A program made the translations under genes and the position numbers. This document shows, one piece after another, positions 26,341-40,629 of a stretch of DNA of 64,000 bases (its first letter is position 1; every line of letters begins with the position of its first letter). Source of the DNA: Octopus sinensis (lineage: Eukaryota); the NCBI RefSeq assembly GCF_006345805.1, contig NC_042999.1, positions 69,936,001 to 70,000,000 on the forward strand. Direction: 5' to 3'. Under the pieces are notes generated by a model. It had not been told where the DNA came from. It searched no databases and worked only from the letters and a program-made list of their open reading frames with translations.

Positions 26341-26852
26341 CCGTAAATCCTCGAGTATAGTCCGCCTTTGAATATAATACGCAGGGGATTTTTATGGGGC
26401 TTTACCTCTGAAAAACCTAAACCTTGTACATAATACGCACCCCTTCTCTAACTTGAGTCAAGGAGGTCTATATAATGTCCTTGGTGTGTAAAACTGTATA
26501 CGGTAACGTCCTTTATTAGTATTGTATATATAACACAATGCAAATGTGTAGCTTTTTTGTGCATTTTGTTTGCAGAAAACAAAGAAATAACAGTAATAAC
26601 GTTTAATAAATGTTGCTTATTGCAAGTTATGGATGATTCTTTTATGACTTCATTGCTTTCAGGCTTAGCTGAAGGTATTTTCGCGTCCGAAATCACAAAA
26701 TGCATCTGACCAAACATTGCCGGACAGCAAATAGAGACTCGGACATTGCTTAGAAAATAATTTTCATTTTTAACCTCGTATATTGTACGCACTAGGGATT
26801 TTGGCCTTTAAATTTTGGGGAAAAAATGCGGATTATACTCGAGGATTTACGG
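26341..26852. mobile_element. Tc1/pogo-superfamily (Tc2-like) non-autonomous element
   Basis: TIRs CCGTAAATCCTCGAGTATAGTCCGC / GCGGATTATACTCGAGGATTTACGG, flanked by TA. Confidence 0.88.
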
Positions 26853-27353
26853 TAGTTGTTAATGATGAATGCTTGCATGTATACAGGTGAATGCATGAGT
26901 ATGATCTTTAATGTTGTTGATATTGTCGTTTAGCTCTTGTTCAACCCTTACCTAACACATTTACGATCAATATTCCACTCGATAAGGTTGGCTTGGGAGC
27001 AAAGAACACAAAATGGCATTCCAGCCACAATACCATCTTTCAGTATATTGGGTACTATAGGGCTTTGTCTAGTGAGAGTCTTGGTTAGAAAGGAAAAATG
27101 AGTATTTACTTTGCGATCGATAGAAATGATATAAATCCGTCTCTTTAAGTTAGTGACTTCAAAAGGATCAAAAGAGAAGCTATGATTTATAGGATCAGAA
27201 CTGGAAAAAAGGGAAGTTGCTAAACCTTACAATTTATAAAGTATGAAAGTCTCTTCTGAAGACTGAACTGTAACTTTTACGAAGATTTCACTTATGAGCT
27301 TAAAGTGAAAATCAGACAATAACAGTCTTATTCGTTCCGATGTTAAAAAATGG

Positions 27354-27466
<113 letters not shown>

Positions 27467-27473
27467 TATACAT

Positions 27474-27532
<59 letters not shown>

Positions 27533-27563
27533 CATACATACTATATATATATGTATATATATA

Positions 27564-28473
27564 TATATATTTGTAAAAAATGAAGTTCGAAAATGCTGCT
27601 ATATTATACAATTTTTAATTTTTATATATACATTATAACATGTTTCAGTTCCTGAAATGAACCTTATCAAAAAAAGTTATATAAAAAAAGAGACAGTTCA
27701 TGCCGTCAAACACAAGAAATTCATTTACAATACACAACGTAGTCAGACATCTTAAAGTTCAAATATTGTCTGAAGTAAGTTCATTCATGCTATATGTTCA
27801 AAGTGTTCGATGCAGTGGCCCACGGTGGCGATACGTATTCAATACAAAAAACAGTCAAAGTGGTGGAAAGCAGTCAATACAGAAGATTGATGTTGTTCCG
27901 AAAGAGCGAGGAATTCATTTTTACCTTGAGCAATTGTGATGACCCATGGTGGATGTTCGCTGGGTGGAAACGATTGGTCAAAACGTTGATGACGTCACGC
28001 TACACTAGACTGAAAGACCACCTAACAGGCATTATAAAACCCGAACAATTTACAAGACTCACTAGAATCACCCAGCGAACATCCACCATGGGTCATCACA
28101 ATTGCTCAAGGTAAAAATGAATTCCTCGCTCTTTCGGGAACATCAATCTTCTGTATTGACGATGCTTTCCACCACTTTGATCTGTTTTTTGTATTGAATA
28201 CGTATCGCCACCGTGGGCCACTGCATCGAACCACTTTGAACATATAGCATGAATGAACTTACTTCAGACTATATTTGAACTTTAAGATGTCTGACTACGT
28301 TGTTGTATGTGTAAATGAATTTCTTGTGTTTGACGGCATGAGCTGTCTCTTTTTTTATATAACTTTTTTTGATAGGTTCATTCAGGAACTGAAACATGTT
28401 ATAATGTATATATAAAAATAAAAAATTGTATAATATAGCAGCATTTTCGAACTTCATTTTTTACAAATATATA
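27564..28473. mobile_element. Fold-back element copy 1 (~400-bp arms, ~100-bp spacer) in (TA)n
   Basis: Arms 27564-27966 and 28069-28473 are near-perfect reverse complements. Confidence 0.85.
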
Positions 28474-28514
28474 CCTACTTGTATACGAGCTAATCCTATT
28501 AAAAATATATAATA

Positions 28515-28635
<121 letters not shown>

Positions 28636-28642
28636 TATACAT

Positions 28643-28701
<59 letters not shown>

Positions 28702-28732
28702 CATACATACTATATATATATGTATATATATA

Positions 28733-29638
28733 TATATATTTGTAAAAAATGAAGTTCGAAAATGCTGCTATATTATACAATTTTTAATTTTTATATATAC
28801 ATTATAACATGTTTCAGTTCCTGAAATGAACCTTATCAAAAAAAGTTATATATAAAAAAAGAGACAGTTCATGCCGTCAAACACAAGAAATTCATTTACA
28901 ATACACAACGTAGTCAGACATCTTAAAGTTCAAATATTGTCTGAAGTAAGTTCATTCATGCTATATGTTCAAAGTGTTCGATGCAGTGGCCCACGGTGGC
29001 GATACGTATTCAATACAAAAAACAGATCAAAGTGGTGGAAAGCAGTCAATACAGAAGATTGATGTTCCCGAAAGAGCGAGGAATTCATTTTTACCTTGAG
29101 CAATTGTGATGACCCATGGTGGATGTTCGCTGGGTGGAAACGATTGGTCAAAACGTTGATGACGTCACGCTACACTAGACTGACCACCTAACAGGCATTA
29201 TAAAACCCGAACAATTTACAAGACTCACTAGAATCACCCAGCGAACATCCACCATGGGTCATCACAATTGCTCAAGGTAAAAATGAATTCCTCGCTCTTT
29301 CGGGAACATCAATCTTCTGTATTGACTGCTTTCCACCACTTTGATCTGTTTTTTGTATTGAATACGTATCGCCACCGTGGGCCACTGCATCGAACACTTT
29401 GAACATATAGCATGAATGAACTTACTTCAGACTATATTTGAACTTTAAGATGTCTGACTACGTTGTGTATTGTAAATGAATTTCTTGTGTTTGACGGCAT
29501 GAGCTGTCTCTTTTTTTATATATAACTTTTTTTGATAAGGTTCATTTCAGGAACTGAAACATGTTATAATGTATATATAAAAATAAAAAATTGTATAATA
29601 TAGCAGCATTTTCGAACTTCATTTTTTACAAATATATA
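28733..29638. mobile_element. Fold-back element copy 2 (tandem duplicate, period ~1.17 kb)
   Basis: Arms 28733-29136 and 29235-29638; same spacer and same preceding interrupted microsatellite as copy 1. Confidence 0.85.
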
Positions 29639-29692
29639 CCTACTTGTATACGAGCTAATCCTATTATAAATAATATATATATATATATATAT

Positions 29693-29723
<31 letters not shown>

Positions 29724-30254
29724 GTATATACTATATATATATATATATAGATATATATATATAATATATTATATATATATATATATATATAATATATATA
29801 TATATGTATATCTCATGCAACAAAGGACTATAATTACACACACACACACACACACACATTTTGACAATATTTCCGACAGCTAAATGTATGCTGTAAAGAA
29901 AAAAAAATGGATATACTTACAGCCTTGAGATCTTCAAAACAAAAAATGATTCTTCAATTTAAAAACCATACAAACAAGAAATAAACATATGTATAACGTG
30001 GCAGCAAGCCGAAAGGCTTATCCTGTCATCAACTCTCCTGTATTTATACCAAAAGTAAGTATTTATCAATGGCCCAGTGCCTCATGCTGAAGCAGGTACC
30101 ACAGGGCTACAATTTCATTGCCGTTGTTGTTGTTGTTGTTGTTGTTGTTGCTCTTTTCTTCTTCTTCTTCTTCTCTTCTTCTCCTCCTCCTCTCCTCCTC
30201 CTCTCCTCCTCCTCCTATTCGTAATCCTTGTCCTACATCTTCTTGATGTTCTTT

Positions 30255-30660
30255 TCAAATCTTTTGCTTGTTTGGGTCATTGGACTGCGGCCGAACCAGG
30301 CTACCGCCCTTGAAGGTTATTTTTTGGTGGTAGTGGGTAGTTAAACTGATTGATCCTGGTACTTACTAGCAAGTTTGATACTTATTCTATCAGTCTCTTT
30401 AACCGAATCGCAACGGCGAAAGAGACCAATAAGTAAACAAACCAACACCGGTTGTCAAGCGATTGTGGAGAAGGGTCAAACAAAGACACATACATGCAAA
30501 CACATACACACACATATACACAAACACACACACGACACCCTTCGGCACAGTTTCTGTCTTTTAAATTCACTCCCAAAGCATTAGTGGACCCGGGGTTATA
30601 GTAAAAGACACTTTCCCAAGATGCCGCGCTGTGGGATTGAACCCGAAACCACGTGGCTCT
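30255..30660 (-). mobile_element. SINE family S2, degenerate
   Basis: GACTGCGGCC..AACACCGGTTGTCAAGCGAT..AAGACACTTTCCCAAGATGCCGCG. Confidence 0.75.
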
Positions 30661-30728
30661 TTTTATTTAATACCAGCATATGATTTAGGGAGACTTGCCT
30701 GATATTTTTAGCATTATATGCAACAGTT

Positions 30729-31520
30729 TCACTGTTGTAACCTGATGTAGCTTTTGGTTCTGAGTGCTGTTCCTTCATCTGATGATACATCCACAAGAGG
30801 TACTGCGTCCCTCTTTGGATCATCTAAATACTAAAGTGGACCATGGCAATAGTCATGACTTCTGACCTTCACGAATGAGGATTCAACGACTTGGCAATTC
30901 CTTTTTAATTACGATACAATTTGATGTTGATTTGTCTCCTCGGACATTTAGCTTATACTTATTAGCAAGAATGTGAAAAGATCTAGGTATAAACATCTTA
31001 AGATCTGCTAGGCTGAGAGATATGTTGCTGTTATCTACGTTTTCAGGAACAGTAAATCGAGGACTCTTTTATTCAGTGCGTCCTTCCTTTGTGAAGAGGA
31101 CGGTGTTTGACATAAAAGAGTTTTAGTTGCTCTTTCTGGAATGTCGAGAGACGGCATAAGAGTTTCTCTTGTCAGCGCTTGTTGTTGTAAACATCTTCAA
31201 ACAAAATGGCATATCTGTTAACCAACATTATTCATTAATCGCATCTAGAATGGCTTCGTCTTCCTGCTGTGTGTATTAAGCATAATTTAAATACTGTTAA
31301 TGTTATCATTATCTTTATCATTTTCTGAGACGTTTATTTTGCTGCACGGATAAAATGAAATTCATTCCCCTCGTAAACTTTTCATTGCATATAGTAACAT
31401 ACTCTTCATTATCAACATCTACTTCTTCAAATTTGAGATTGAATAAAGAGCTTTTCACATCTTGCACCAATTCTTCCAAGAGATAATTTCAGCAGTTGTT
31501 TATTACTTGAAAGCAACATC
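30729..31520 (-). pseudogene. Decayed acidic coding-like block, product unassigned
   Basis: Minus-strand fragments LLEELVQDVKSSLFNLKFEEVDVDNEEYVTICNEKVYEG*, QQEDEAILDAINE*, RSHDYCHGPL*YLDDPKRDAVPLVDVSSDEG, broken by stops and frameshifts. Confidence 0.35.
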
Positions 31521-31944
31521 AGTTGTTACTATTCTCCCCTAAAGCATTGTTGACTATTCACTTTTACTCTCAAAAGATTCTTTATTTCTTTATTCCAGTT
31601 ACCACAAAAGATACCTCTGAAAAAACTGAAGCATTGTAAAGAGTTCTAATGTTAAACATTTAAAAAGTTGATATGCACGTACATATTTATTTCCTTCAAT
31701 TTCTACAAAATAAACAGCAAAATTAATAATTAGTTAAACCCAAATAATTATTTCGATAATAATTTTACATTAGATTCCTTGCAATGAAATATTTTACTGG
31801 ATGTTAGTGCAAATGTATGGTCAATATTTCATAGCAAATTCATTACTTCATGCCGTCATTGTTATATTCAGAATTATATGTGAACATGAAGAACATGAAA
31901 AATAGAAATGTTAAAAACCATCAATTAGATATTAGATCAGCATA

Positions 31945-32081
31945 GTTATTAGAGGTATATATTAGGAATGGCGTATAAGGTAGTAAAGCTGTATGGTAGG
32001 AATGGATTTTCGGAATGGATTTATATGAGTATTCTATGAATAAAATTATAGTTGTATACTAGGAATGAGATTAGATCTTCG

Positions 32082-32123
<42 letters not shown>

Positions 32124-32250
32124 CGTATGGGGTTAGTGGTGAATGTTATAAATGGAGGCAGAGTTGTATATTAAGAATAGTGATAGAGTTGTGTATTAGG
32201 AATGGTTTTAGAGATGTATATTAGAAATTATGTTAAAGCCGTATATAATG
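31945..32250. repeat. Degenerate ~30-bp minisatellite (AGAGTTGTATATTAGGAATGG-like)
   Basis: Recurrent GTATATTAGGAATG variants at ~30-bp spacing, interrupted by (TA)n. Confidence 0.6.
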
Positions 32251-34299
32251 AGTAAAGAAACACAAAGATACGTGTATTAGATGATCACTGCATGTAAGAT
32301 CTTTAAACAATATTTCAAGGACAGGGAGTGTTTTGTTGACTCAAAATTCTCTTTCTGTATACTCACCTTACATGGAATGTGATATATATTCCAAACACTC
32401 ATCATAATGAGAAATATTTTTAAAAATTCATAATTTCAACACCAGATTTTATGAAAATATAAGCCACAGAATCTGTTCTGATTTGGAATCATGTCTTCCG
32501 TAGAACTATTTTAAGTGAAAAGGTGAGATTTTTTTCAGTGGTCATAGTATTAAGACTGTAATAATAATGCACCTTACCTGGAAAAGATGCTAGACTCTCG
32601 AATATTTGTAGCTTATAGATTATTCGAGCGCATTTCAAACTCAATGCCATAAACCAAATACTTACTATGTTAATCAACCAAATCAGCCGTGTATTAGCTT
32701 GACTAGTTTATTAGATATGTTAGCATGTGTGACTGAACTTCGAAAATGATGGCCTCGAAATTTTGCGTCTATACTAAATAAATTTGCCGCATATAAATAA
32801 CATTTCACTTATATTCGGTTCTGTTAAAAGACTTAATTCTACTTTGTTATGTCCAGAAATTTAATTCTATTTATCTCAAACCTAATAGGTGATGTGAATA
32901 ATCAACTAATGTTCCTTATAAACCTTAAAACAGTTAGGGAACGAGAAATTGGTGAGGCTGAATTTTTGAATAGAACATGTTCAAATATTCGATGTTGTTT
33001 GACTCTACATAGAATTTACGAGTATAACAGCGAAGTGTCGAATACAGATGAATCAACTTCGAATAGTCTTACGAAGAAGTGGTGAGTACCACGTTAGATG
33101 GCGACGTTTTCAGTAAAAGATAATTATATTTCTGCGACGAGGACAATAAGGCAGTTTTTAAATTCATTGAATGACACAAAATATTTTATAAGTAATAAGA
33201 CCCAATTGTTTATATTTCTCAGATTGTAAAATAAAAATATTTCTCTCGATGATAGACGTGAAAGAAAACAATAATGATTTTTTTTTTAATGCAGACAAGA
33301 CTTGCTGAAAGACGAACTTAATTCCGTGCATTCAAAATAGTCAGGACAAAATGCATTTGAAGTTTTAAATATAAGTAATTTGATCCAAGATACAAAAGTC
33401 AACAGAGGGAGAAATTACACTTAAATGCTTGTATTTGAAATTCATTACACGTATTTAAAATGGCGGTTTTAACTGTGGATATTTTGAATCCAGACGTGAG
33501 ATAGAGTTCTTTTTCTTCTACCGTCGATACCAGAAAATATAATGAAGTATTGAGATACGATTGATATTCAGTTTGAAAATCTGTGAATTACCATCTACGT
33601 GAAGAAACATATGTGGAGAGGAGGTTTTAGAAAACTGATGTCCTGGCGAAGCATGAACAGCAAATATTCAGTTACTTTATTTCAAGTCTTTTACCAATCA
33701 AAGAAATATTAGATGTATCCCCATCTGTGATGAGGTATTGCAAATAAAAGCAGGAGAGTGGATTTTTTGATGAAGTGTTCTTTTCTTGTGGATTAAATCT
33801 ACATAAGAAGATTACTTATATATCTATATATATATAGATATATATTATATATTATATATATATATATCTATATATATATATATTATATATATATACTATA
33901 TATATATCATATTCATCATCATCATCATCAACAAAAAAACAAAGGGAGAGAGAGAGAGAGTGGGGAAAGCAAGATCCATAGTGTGAGCTCAATTATATAA
34001 CGTATTGAATTTCTGTAGAACAGAAAAATTCCTGTAAATGATACAATCATGAAACAACAGATCTGAAATCTCTAAGGATTGCACTCAGTTCAGGATCTCT
34101 TCTTATTGCTGAAAATATACTATTTATTTAAAAAGAAAGACGAATGCTTCAATCTTTACACATTTTAAATGTAAGTCGACCTTCGGTTCCGCTGGATATA
34201 GCAAAAAATAATGTAAAAAATTGGTTCAATTTTAAATAAACTTTTTGTATTTGTTTTGCGAAATTTTTGATGCGAAATCGTGTCTTGGAACTGATATTG

Positions 34300-34505
34300 C
34301 TGTATTTTCGGAGGGTCATTCAGCCAATAAAAGCACATATTTGTTTCACTTCAGTTTTATCAATTGATTAATTATATAATTACTCAATTGATAAACCGGT
34401 TAACCATTTTATCAGTTGGTTAATTATTTCTAATTGACTAGTGATAAAACTGAAGTGAAACATAACCAGTGCTTTTATGGCAGTATGACCTTTATAAAAT
34501 ACAAC
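34300..34505. repeat. Degenerate inverted repeat (MITE-like)
   Basis: GTATTTT..GGTCAT..ATAAAAGCAC..TGTTTCACTTCAGTTTTATCA is mirrored by TGATAAAACTGAAGTGAAACA..GTGCTTTTAT..ATGACC..AAAATAC. Confidence 0.7.
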
Positions 34506-35492
34506 ATAATAAATTAATAGGGAGAAAGAGTAGAAGCTAACGTTAACATTTGAAAACTATTAATTCGTTCTCAATTGTGAGTTAAATGCTGTTTAATGTA
34601 ACTTTAGAAACTTTAAAATAAACCTTATATAATTTCCAACATCCTTTTAAATATCAGAACTACAGACAACAACTATGCCCCGCTCTAATGTATATGAAAT
34701 TAATTCGTATACTTACCTAAAACCAGGCGTAATCCTCAACGCCTGTTTAATAGCTACTTAAAAGATAACAACTTTGTGATGACGACAGGAGAAAAGTGAT
34801 AAAAGAGCGCCTGTAATCCTATAAAACAAGTATCTTTCATTGAAGCCTTAGCAAAGTTGTTTCGTTGTTGAAACAAATTCTCCCTGACAGCTCTTTCCTC
34901 CCTGAAGTTTATGAATAAGCAGCATTTCAAAAAACTAACCTAAATGTAAACCTTTGATGTCAAAAATGATCGGTGAAATAAATTTAATTTTTGTTTGTTT
35001 ATTTTATTTTTACTATTATGGAATAGATATATTTAGCACTTTACTTGGTATAAATCATTTCTTCAAAGACGATCTGTTAAATGGTCTCATTAAACACACA
35101 CACACACACACACACACATACACACACACAAAAACAAAAAGAAACAGGAAATTGACGCAATTTCAACGAACGAAAGTCAAAGCATAATCATTAATTATTT
35201 TGTAAATCTTCTTCACACTAGATGTTCTATTTTGCATTTGATCAAAGATATATTGTTGCTTTATGAAAACGATTTGATTTTTTCTTACAGCGATCAAAAT
35301 ACTTAGACTAAAATTTTTCATAAGTTCGTGTGTTGAATGTTTCTTCGATACTACAGGGATGGCATGGCTGTGTGGTTAAGAAACTCGCTTTGCAAACACC
35401 TAGACCTGGGTCTTTAGACAAGTTTTTTACACTATGAATTCAGATTCATTAATACCTTGTGAAGAGAATTTGATAAACAAAAACTGTGCGGG

Positions 35493-35559
<67 letters not shown>

Positions 35560-36170
35560 TGTGTGTGTGCGTGCGTGTGTGTGCGTATGGAGCTGTGACA
35601 CAAAAATATAAAATCGTTCAGTGTAGCCTTGGACCTAAAGTGCATGGAGTTTAATATATGTGAATTTATATGCGATAAAATAAACTTCCATTATCGCCCA
35701 AAACTGCGGTTTTGTTTAGCTGTGAACGTAAGCATTAGCGGATTTGAAAGTAACAAGATAACTTTAGACAGTGTAAGCTATGCACGAGATCGTCATTTGT
35801 CATAAGGCTGGATTTTTCTTTACACCATATATTAAATGCTCTTTTCTTTCGTACGTATGTATGAGTGTATGTATGCGTGCCTGGAGGGCCAAAGAGGAAC
35901 GGAACTTTGGTAACAGTCCTGCCAATTCTTTTTCAAAACAATTCCTTTGCCACTAGATCTCATCTTTCACCTGTAACTCTACGAATGTTGTAGTGAGGTG
36001 CATACTTCAAAGTCTGATGAGACAGGTAGATGGCCATATTCATTCAACTGCATCCCAAGTATATGTCCAGTTCTTTCAGCCCTCTTATATGTATGTATGT
36101 ATGTAGTATGTATGTATGTATGATGTATGTATGTATGTATGTATGTATATATATATATATATTATATATA

Positions 36171-36211
<41 letters not shown>

Positions 36212-36214
36212 TGT

Positions 36215-36299
<85 letters not shown>

Positions 36300-36305
<6 letters not shown>

Positions 36306-36506
36306 ATCCAAACATGAAAACACAAAGAGAAAACACATCAACGCGACGACGTGGAACAAATATAGTGTTATTGGACGCTCAGGAAAGGAAAGAAAGAAGA
36401 AGGATTTAACGTTTCGAGCGGAGCTCTTCGTCAGAAACAGAAAAAAGAAAGGTCCATGGAAGGGAAGACGGAGAAAGGAAATCGCCAACGATACACACGC
36501 GGTCAC
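36300..36506 (-). mobile_element. Penelope-like terminal fragment between (TA)n and (CA)n
   Basis: Contains the hammerhead motif at 36404-36438; related to 11560-11760. Confidence 0.6.
36404..36438 (-). ncRNA. Minimal type I hammerhead motif
   Basis: Minus GTTT-CTGACGA-A-GAGC-TCC-GCTC-GAAACGTT-AAAT, with palindromic AACGTT in place of stem III. Confidence 0.65.
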
Positions 36507-36531
36507 ACACACACGCACACACACACACACA

Positions 36532-36590
<59 letters not shown>

Positions 36591-36832
36591 ATAAGGATTA
36601 TTACGAAGTAGCATTGGCATTATATTTAATTTGTTTTAATAAATATACAGCCTCAAATAGACCTACACATGTTTCTATTACATCCGTCAGTAACCGTCGC
36701 AACTGCAACGTTACTATAATACCGGTGCAGTTTCTTCAGTGTCTTCACTTTAGCATCCTTTGATTTAACTTTTCAAAGTTTTATATATATATGTATTTAT
36801 ATGTATGTGTGTGTTTGTGTATACATACATAC

Positions 36833-36912
<80 letters not shown>

Positions 36913-37319
36913 CGTGTGTGTGTGGGTGTATGTGTATTTGGGAAAAGTAAAAAGAAAACAAAGAAAATGATTATTAGATATAAAAAACAAAGGCTTTGAA
37001 AGAAAAGCAAAGATATATACATATAATTAGATGTTCTGAGGTGGAATTATGAAGTGTATAAATCTTTATTATGAATCATTATAGAGATTCAAATACCGGT
37101 ATCGTTAGAGCTGATCACTGACTTTGAATGAACACCGTGTTTGGGTGTTGAGTTTAATAATACCTGAGTGAAAAGATTACAAGCAAGGGAGGTAAGCAGT
37201 TCTGGAAATGATACAATAAAGGTAGATATAAATATTGGAATATGAATGGTGTATGGAGATTAGTGGGATTATAGGTACTGGTAAGGTTAGTAGTGTCTTG
37301 TATTAAGTTGGGTGAACAA

Positions 37320-37448
37320 TCCGACCCAGGAGCTATTCTTTGTAAGCTTAGTACTTATTCTAACGGTCTCTTGTGCCAAACCGCTTAGTTACGGGGATGT
37401 AAACACACTAACATCGGTTGTCAAGCGATGATGGGGGCGACAAACACA

Positions 37449-37482
<34 letters not shown>

Positions 37483-37645
37483 GACGGGCTTCTTTCAGAT
37501 TCCGTCTACCAAATCCACTCACAAGGCTTTGGTCGGCCCGAGGCTATAGTAGAAGACACTTGCCCAAGGTGCACCTATTGGGACTGAACCCGGAACCATT
37601 GTGTTGGTAAGCTCTTCTTACACACAACAGCCACTTCTGCGCCTA
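37320..37645 (-). mobile_element. SINE family S2
   Basis: CCGTCTACCAAATCCACTCACAAGGCTTTGGTCGGCCCGAGGCTATAGTAGAAGACACTTGCCCAAGGTGC. Confidence 0.9.
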
Positions 37646-37765
37646 AAAAGGCTAAGTTATCTTCTCGGTCATGTCGACTCATAAGGGCCAGTTCCCCGTC
37701 CATTGACTGACGCAAGCAAAGAGAATAAAAGAATAATATATCAGTTTCTCTCTTTATATCTATAA

Positions 37766-38400
37766 CTAGCAGTATCGCCCGGCGTTGCTCGGGTTTGTAA
37801 GGGAAATAACTATATAAGCATTTTTAGAGAGTTATAGCCAAAAAATAGCAAAAAATGCATTAAAAATGGAAAAAATATCATGGTAAATTTTTTGAAAAAT
37901 CGTTGAATCATCGTAGACATTTTTAGAGAGTTACTTCCCTTATATAATAGCGAAAAAATGCATTAAAATGGAAAAAAAAACGATGGAAATTTTTTTTTTA
38001 AATCGTAGACTCATGTAGACGCTTTCTTAGCCATTTCTGTTTTGGTGTCTTCAATCCATGAGTCGTTGTTCTAAAAGAACGCTGGTCTCCTTGACAACGC
38101 ATTACGACGTTGATTTCCTTACACTCCCTTCCCCACAGTGCAGGTGTGAGCGTGGACGCCAACTCCGCCGCCATCGACACACGAAAAATTATGCATTAAA
38201 ATGGAATAAAAAATTATGTTAAATTATTTTTAAATCGTAGACTCATCGTTGACGCGCGCTAATAGTCAGACGGGCTCGATATGAATCACGACTATAAGCT
38301 ACCCGAATTTGGTTAAACTGCACCGCAAAATGTGGGAGTAGTTAGGAATCTAAATCGAAGGGGACAGACACTCACACAACTACAGTTTTATATATATAGA
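37766..38400 (-). mobile_element. Complete non-autonomous Helitron (family A)
   Basis: Minus A|TCTATATATATAAAA start, 3' hairpin and CTAG|T end; internal ~110-bp repeats; termini shared with 15835-16674. Confidence 0.92.
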
Positions 38401-38409
38401 TATACATAG

Positions 38410-39012
38410 CGCAGTAGTGGTGAGATGTGACAGCAAAGAAAAGCATACATTCACTCTCTGCATGCAATTAGACTCGGAAAGTTCGTGAGGAACCCATTGA
38501 CCCAATTTGCTGACTTTTCCGATAGCACACAGGTCTCAATGAATGGTTGAATGACCAATCCAAGCTTCTCTGCTAGTTCCTCAACAGTTACGATGAGATT
38601 TTGTTCCACCAGGGTTTTCAGGATGTCCTTGTCGAGTTCTACAGATCTTTCAGGATGAGGCTCGTCTTCTAGGCTGTAGTTTATGGCTCGGAATTTCTGG
38701 AACCACCATTGACACTGCCTTATGCTTATTGTCCAATCCCCATATATACTGCATTAATATTTCTTGTACTTTCCGTTGCGTTGTTGTCTTTATTGAACTC
38801 ATAAAGCAAAATATGCCAAATATGCTCCTTTGTTACTTCCAATATAGCTTTGAAAAAATAGCTGTTAAAATCGAAATGCACTCTTCAAAACTTGCACTAT
38901 GAATAAGGACAAGATAAAATTACTACCTGCTTTTATAGCAAGTTAATATAAGTAGTTTATCCCATTCCCCTCTGACATTTAGTTCAAGCTGTTGAAAAAA
39001 CCGCATTATTAT
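38410..39012 (-). mobile_element. Mariner remnant (transposase N-terminal half)
   Basis: Minus EVTKEHIWHILLYEFNK..CQWWFQKFR..SLEDEPH..EELAEKL..GKVSKLGQWVPHELSE, including the WVPHEL motif. Confidence 0.88.
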
Positions 39013-39133
39013 ATATATATTATATACATACATACATACATATACACCACACTCTCTCTCTCCACACATGCACACATTTATATTCTGTTATTGTTTTATA
39101 CGTTTCAGCCTTGAGGTTGTGGCCATGCTGGAT

Positions 39134-39171
<38 letters not shown>

Positions 39172-39609
39172 ATCTGTCTGTCTCTCTGTATGTAATATAT
39201 GTATATGTGGTGTGTGAACAATAATATTTTCAACAGATGTGTTGCAGAGATTATCTGATTGTTCTCAAGCTTCAATACTGTGTGTGTGTGTATGTTGTGT
39301 GTGGTGTATGTATGTATGTATATGTATGTATGTATGTATATGTATGTATGTATGTGTGTATGTATGTGTGTGTATGTATGTATGTGTGTGTGTATGTGTG
39401 TGTATGTATGTATGTATGTATGTATGTATGTATGTATGTATGTATGTATGAGTGTAGTTTACTTTATTACTCTCTGGCTATTTACTCTCTTCAAGAACAT
39501 TTTCACTCACTCTTATGTGTTAGCTTCCATACATTTTACTCATGTATCTATCAGCGTCATAGTCGTCATCGCATCTATTGTCTACCTGTCAACAAACTGA
39601 ATTAGTTTC

Positions 39610-39870
39610 ACTTTATTCGTAGCACACTGTGTGTGTGCGTTTGCGTGTGGTGTTAAACCAGACTAGAAAAGCATTTGACACACACCAGAATGTGAGTTTT
39701 CTGTAAATTTTGCTTAATTGGAGTTTAAATTTTAAAAACTGGACCTGGTATGACGCGATGCATTGTACTCTTAAAACTGCTAGGTAAATTGTAATTGAAG
39801 AAATCCTATATTGTAGATTTGTATAACTCCCAAACGGAGGCAGATAAAATCTGCCTTTTATAATAAGAGA
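39610..39870 (-). mobile_element. Helitron/HINE family B 5' part, copy 2
   Basis: Direct repeat of 17530-17790. Confidence 0.65.
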
Positions 39871-40629
39871 TAAATATAAATACATAAATACACACCCTCT
39901 TCCAACATTGAATTAATTTGTTAATTTCACCTCATTTAATTATATATTTTTAATTTACCAGCTCTCAAATTATTTTTGCATAATATCCTCTCACTTATTA
40001 CGTATATCTACATATTAATCTTCTAATTACATATCTACATCAAAGCTCATTACCCCGATTTAATATATCTGACGCCCTACCTCCCAAAGGTACAGCTGGC
40101 GGAACCATTAGAGCATTGGAAAATTGCCTTATGATATTTATTTCACCACTTCGCGTTCTCAGTTCAAATTCCACAGGGATTAACTTTGCTTTCATCCTGT
40201 CGAAGTCGATAAAATATAATACTAATCATAATACTAATGTTGAATAAAGCGACTAACATCATCCATCAAAATTGCTGGCCTTACGCCTAAATTAGAGGAT
40301 TCAGTAATACTAGTTTCTTTCTAGAGAATGCTATTTACATATTCCTCTACGAAATTATAATAGCAACGTCATACTTTATAAATTACCATTTTGATGAACT
40401 AATTTTATTTTATATCATTTGATATCGTATTTATATATTTATAATATATTTTCTTCATTATAATTGCTTCAAATTATGTAATTAAATAGATTGCTTTATT
40501 TTTCATTTTCATTTCTTTTCATTTTTCTCTTTTTCTTTTAATTATTCATTCTTTTACTTGTTTCAATCATTTGACTGCGGCCATGCTGGAGCACTGCCTT
40601 GAAAAGTGGAAGCCATGCAGAAAAGGTCC

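Noticed and set aside
36012-36060. CTGATGA hammerhead core
   Set aside because: No GAAA half follows the putative stem II.
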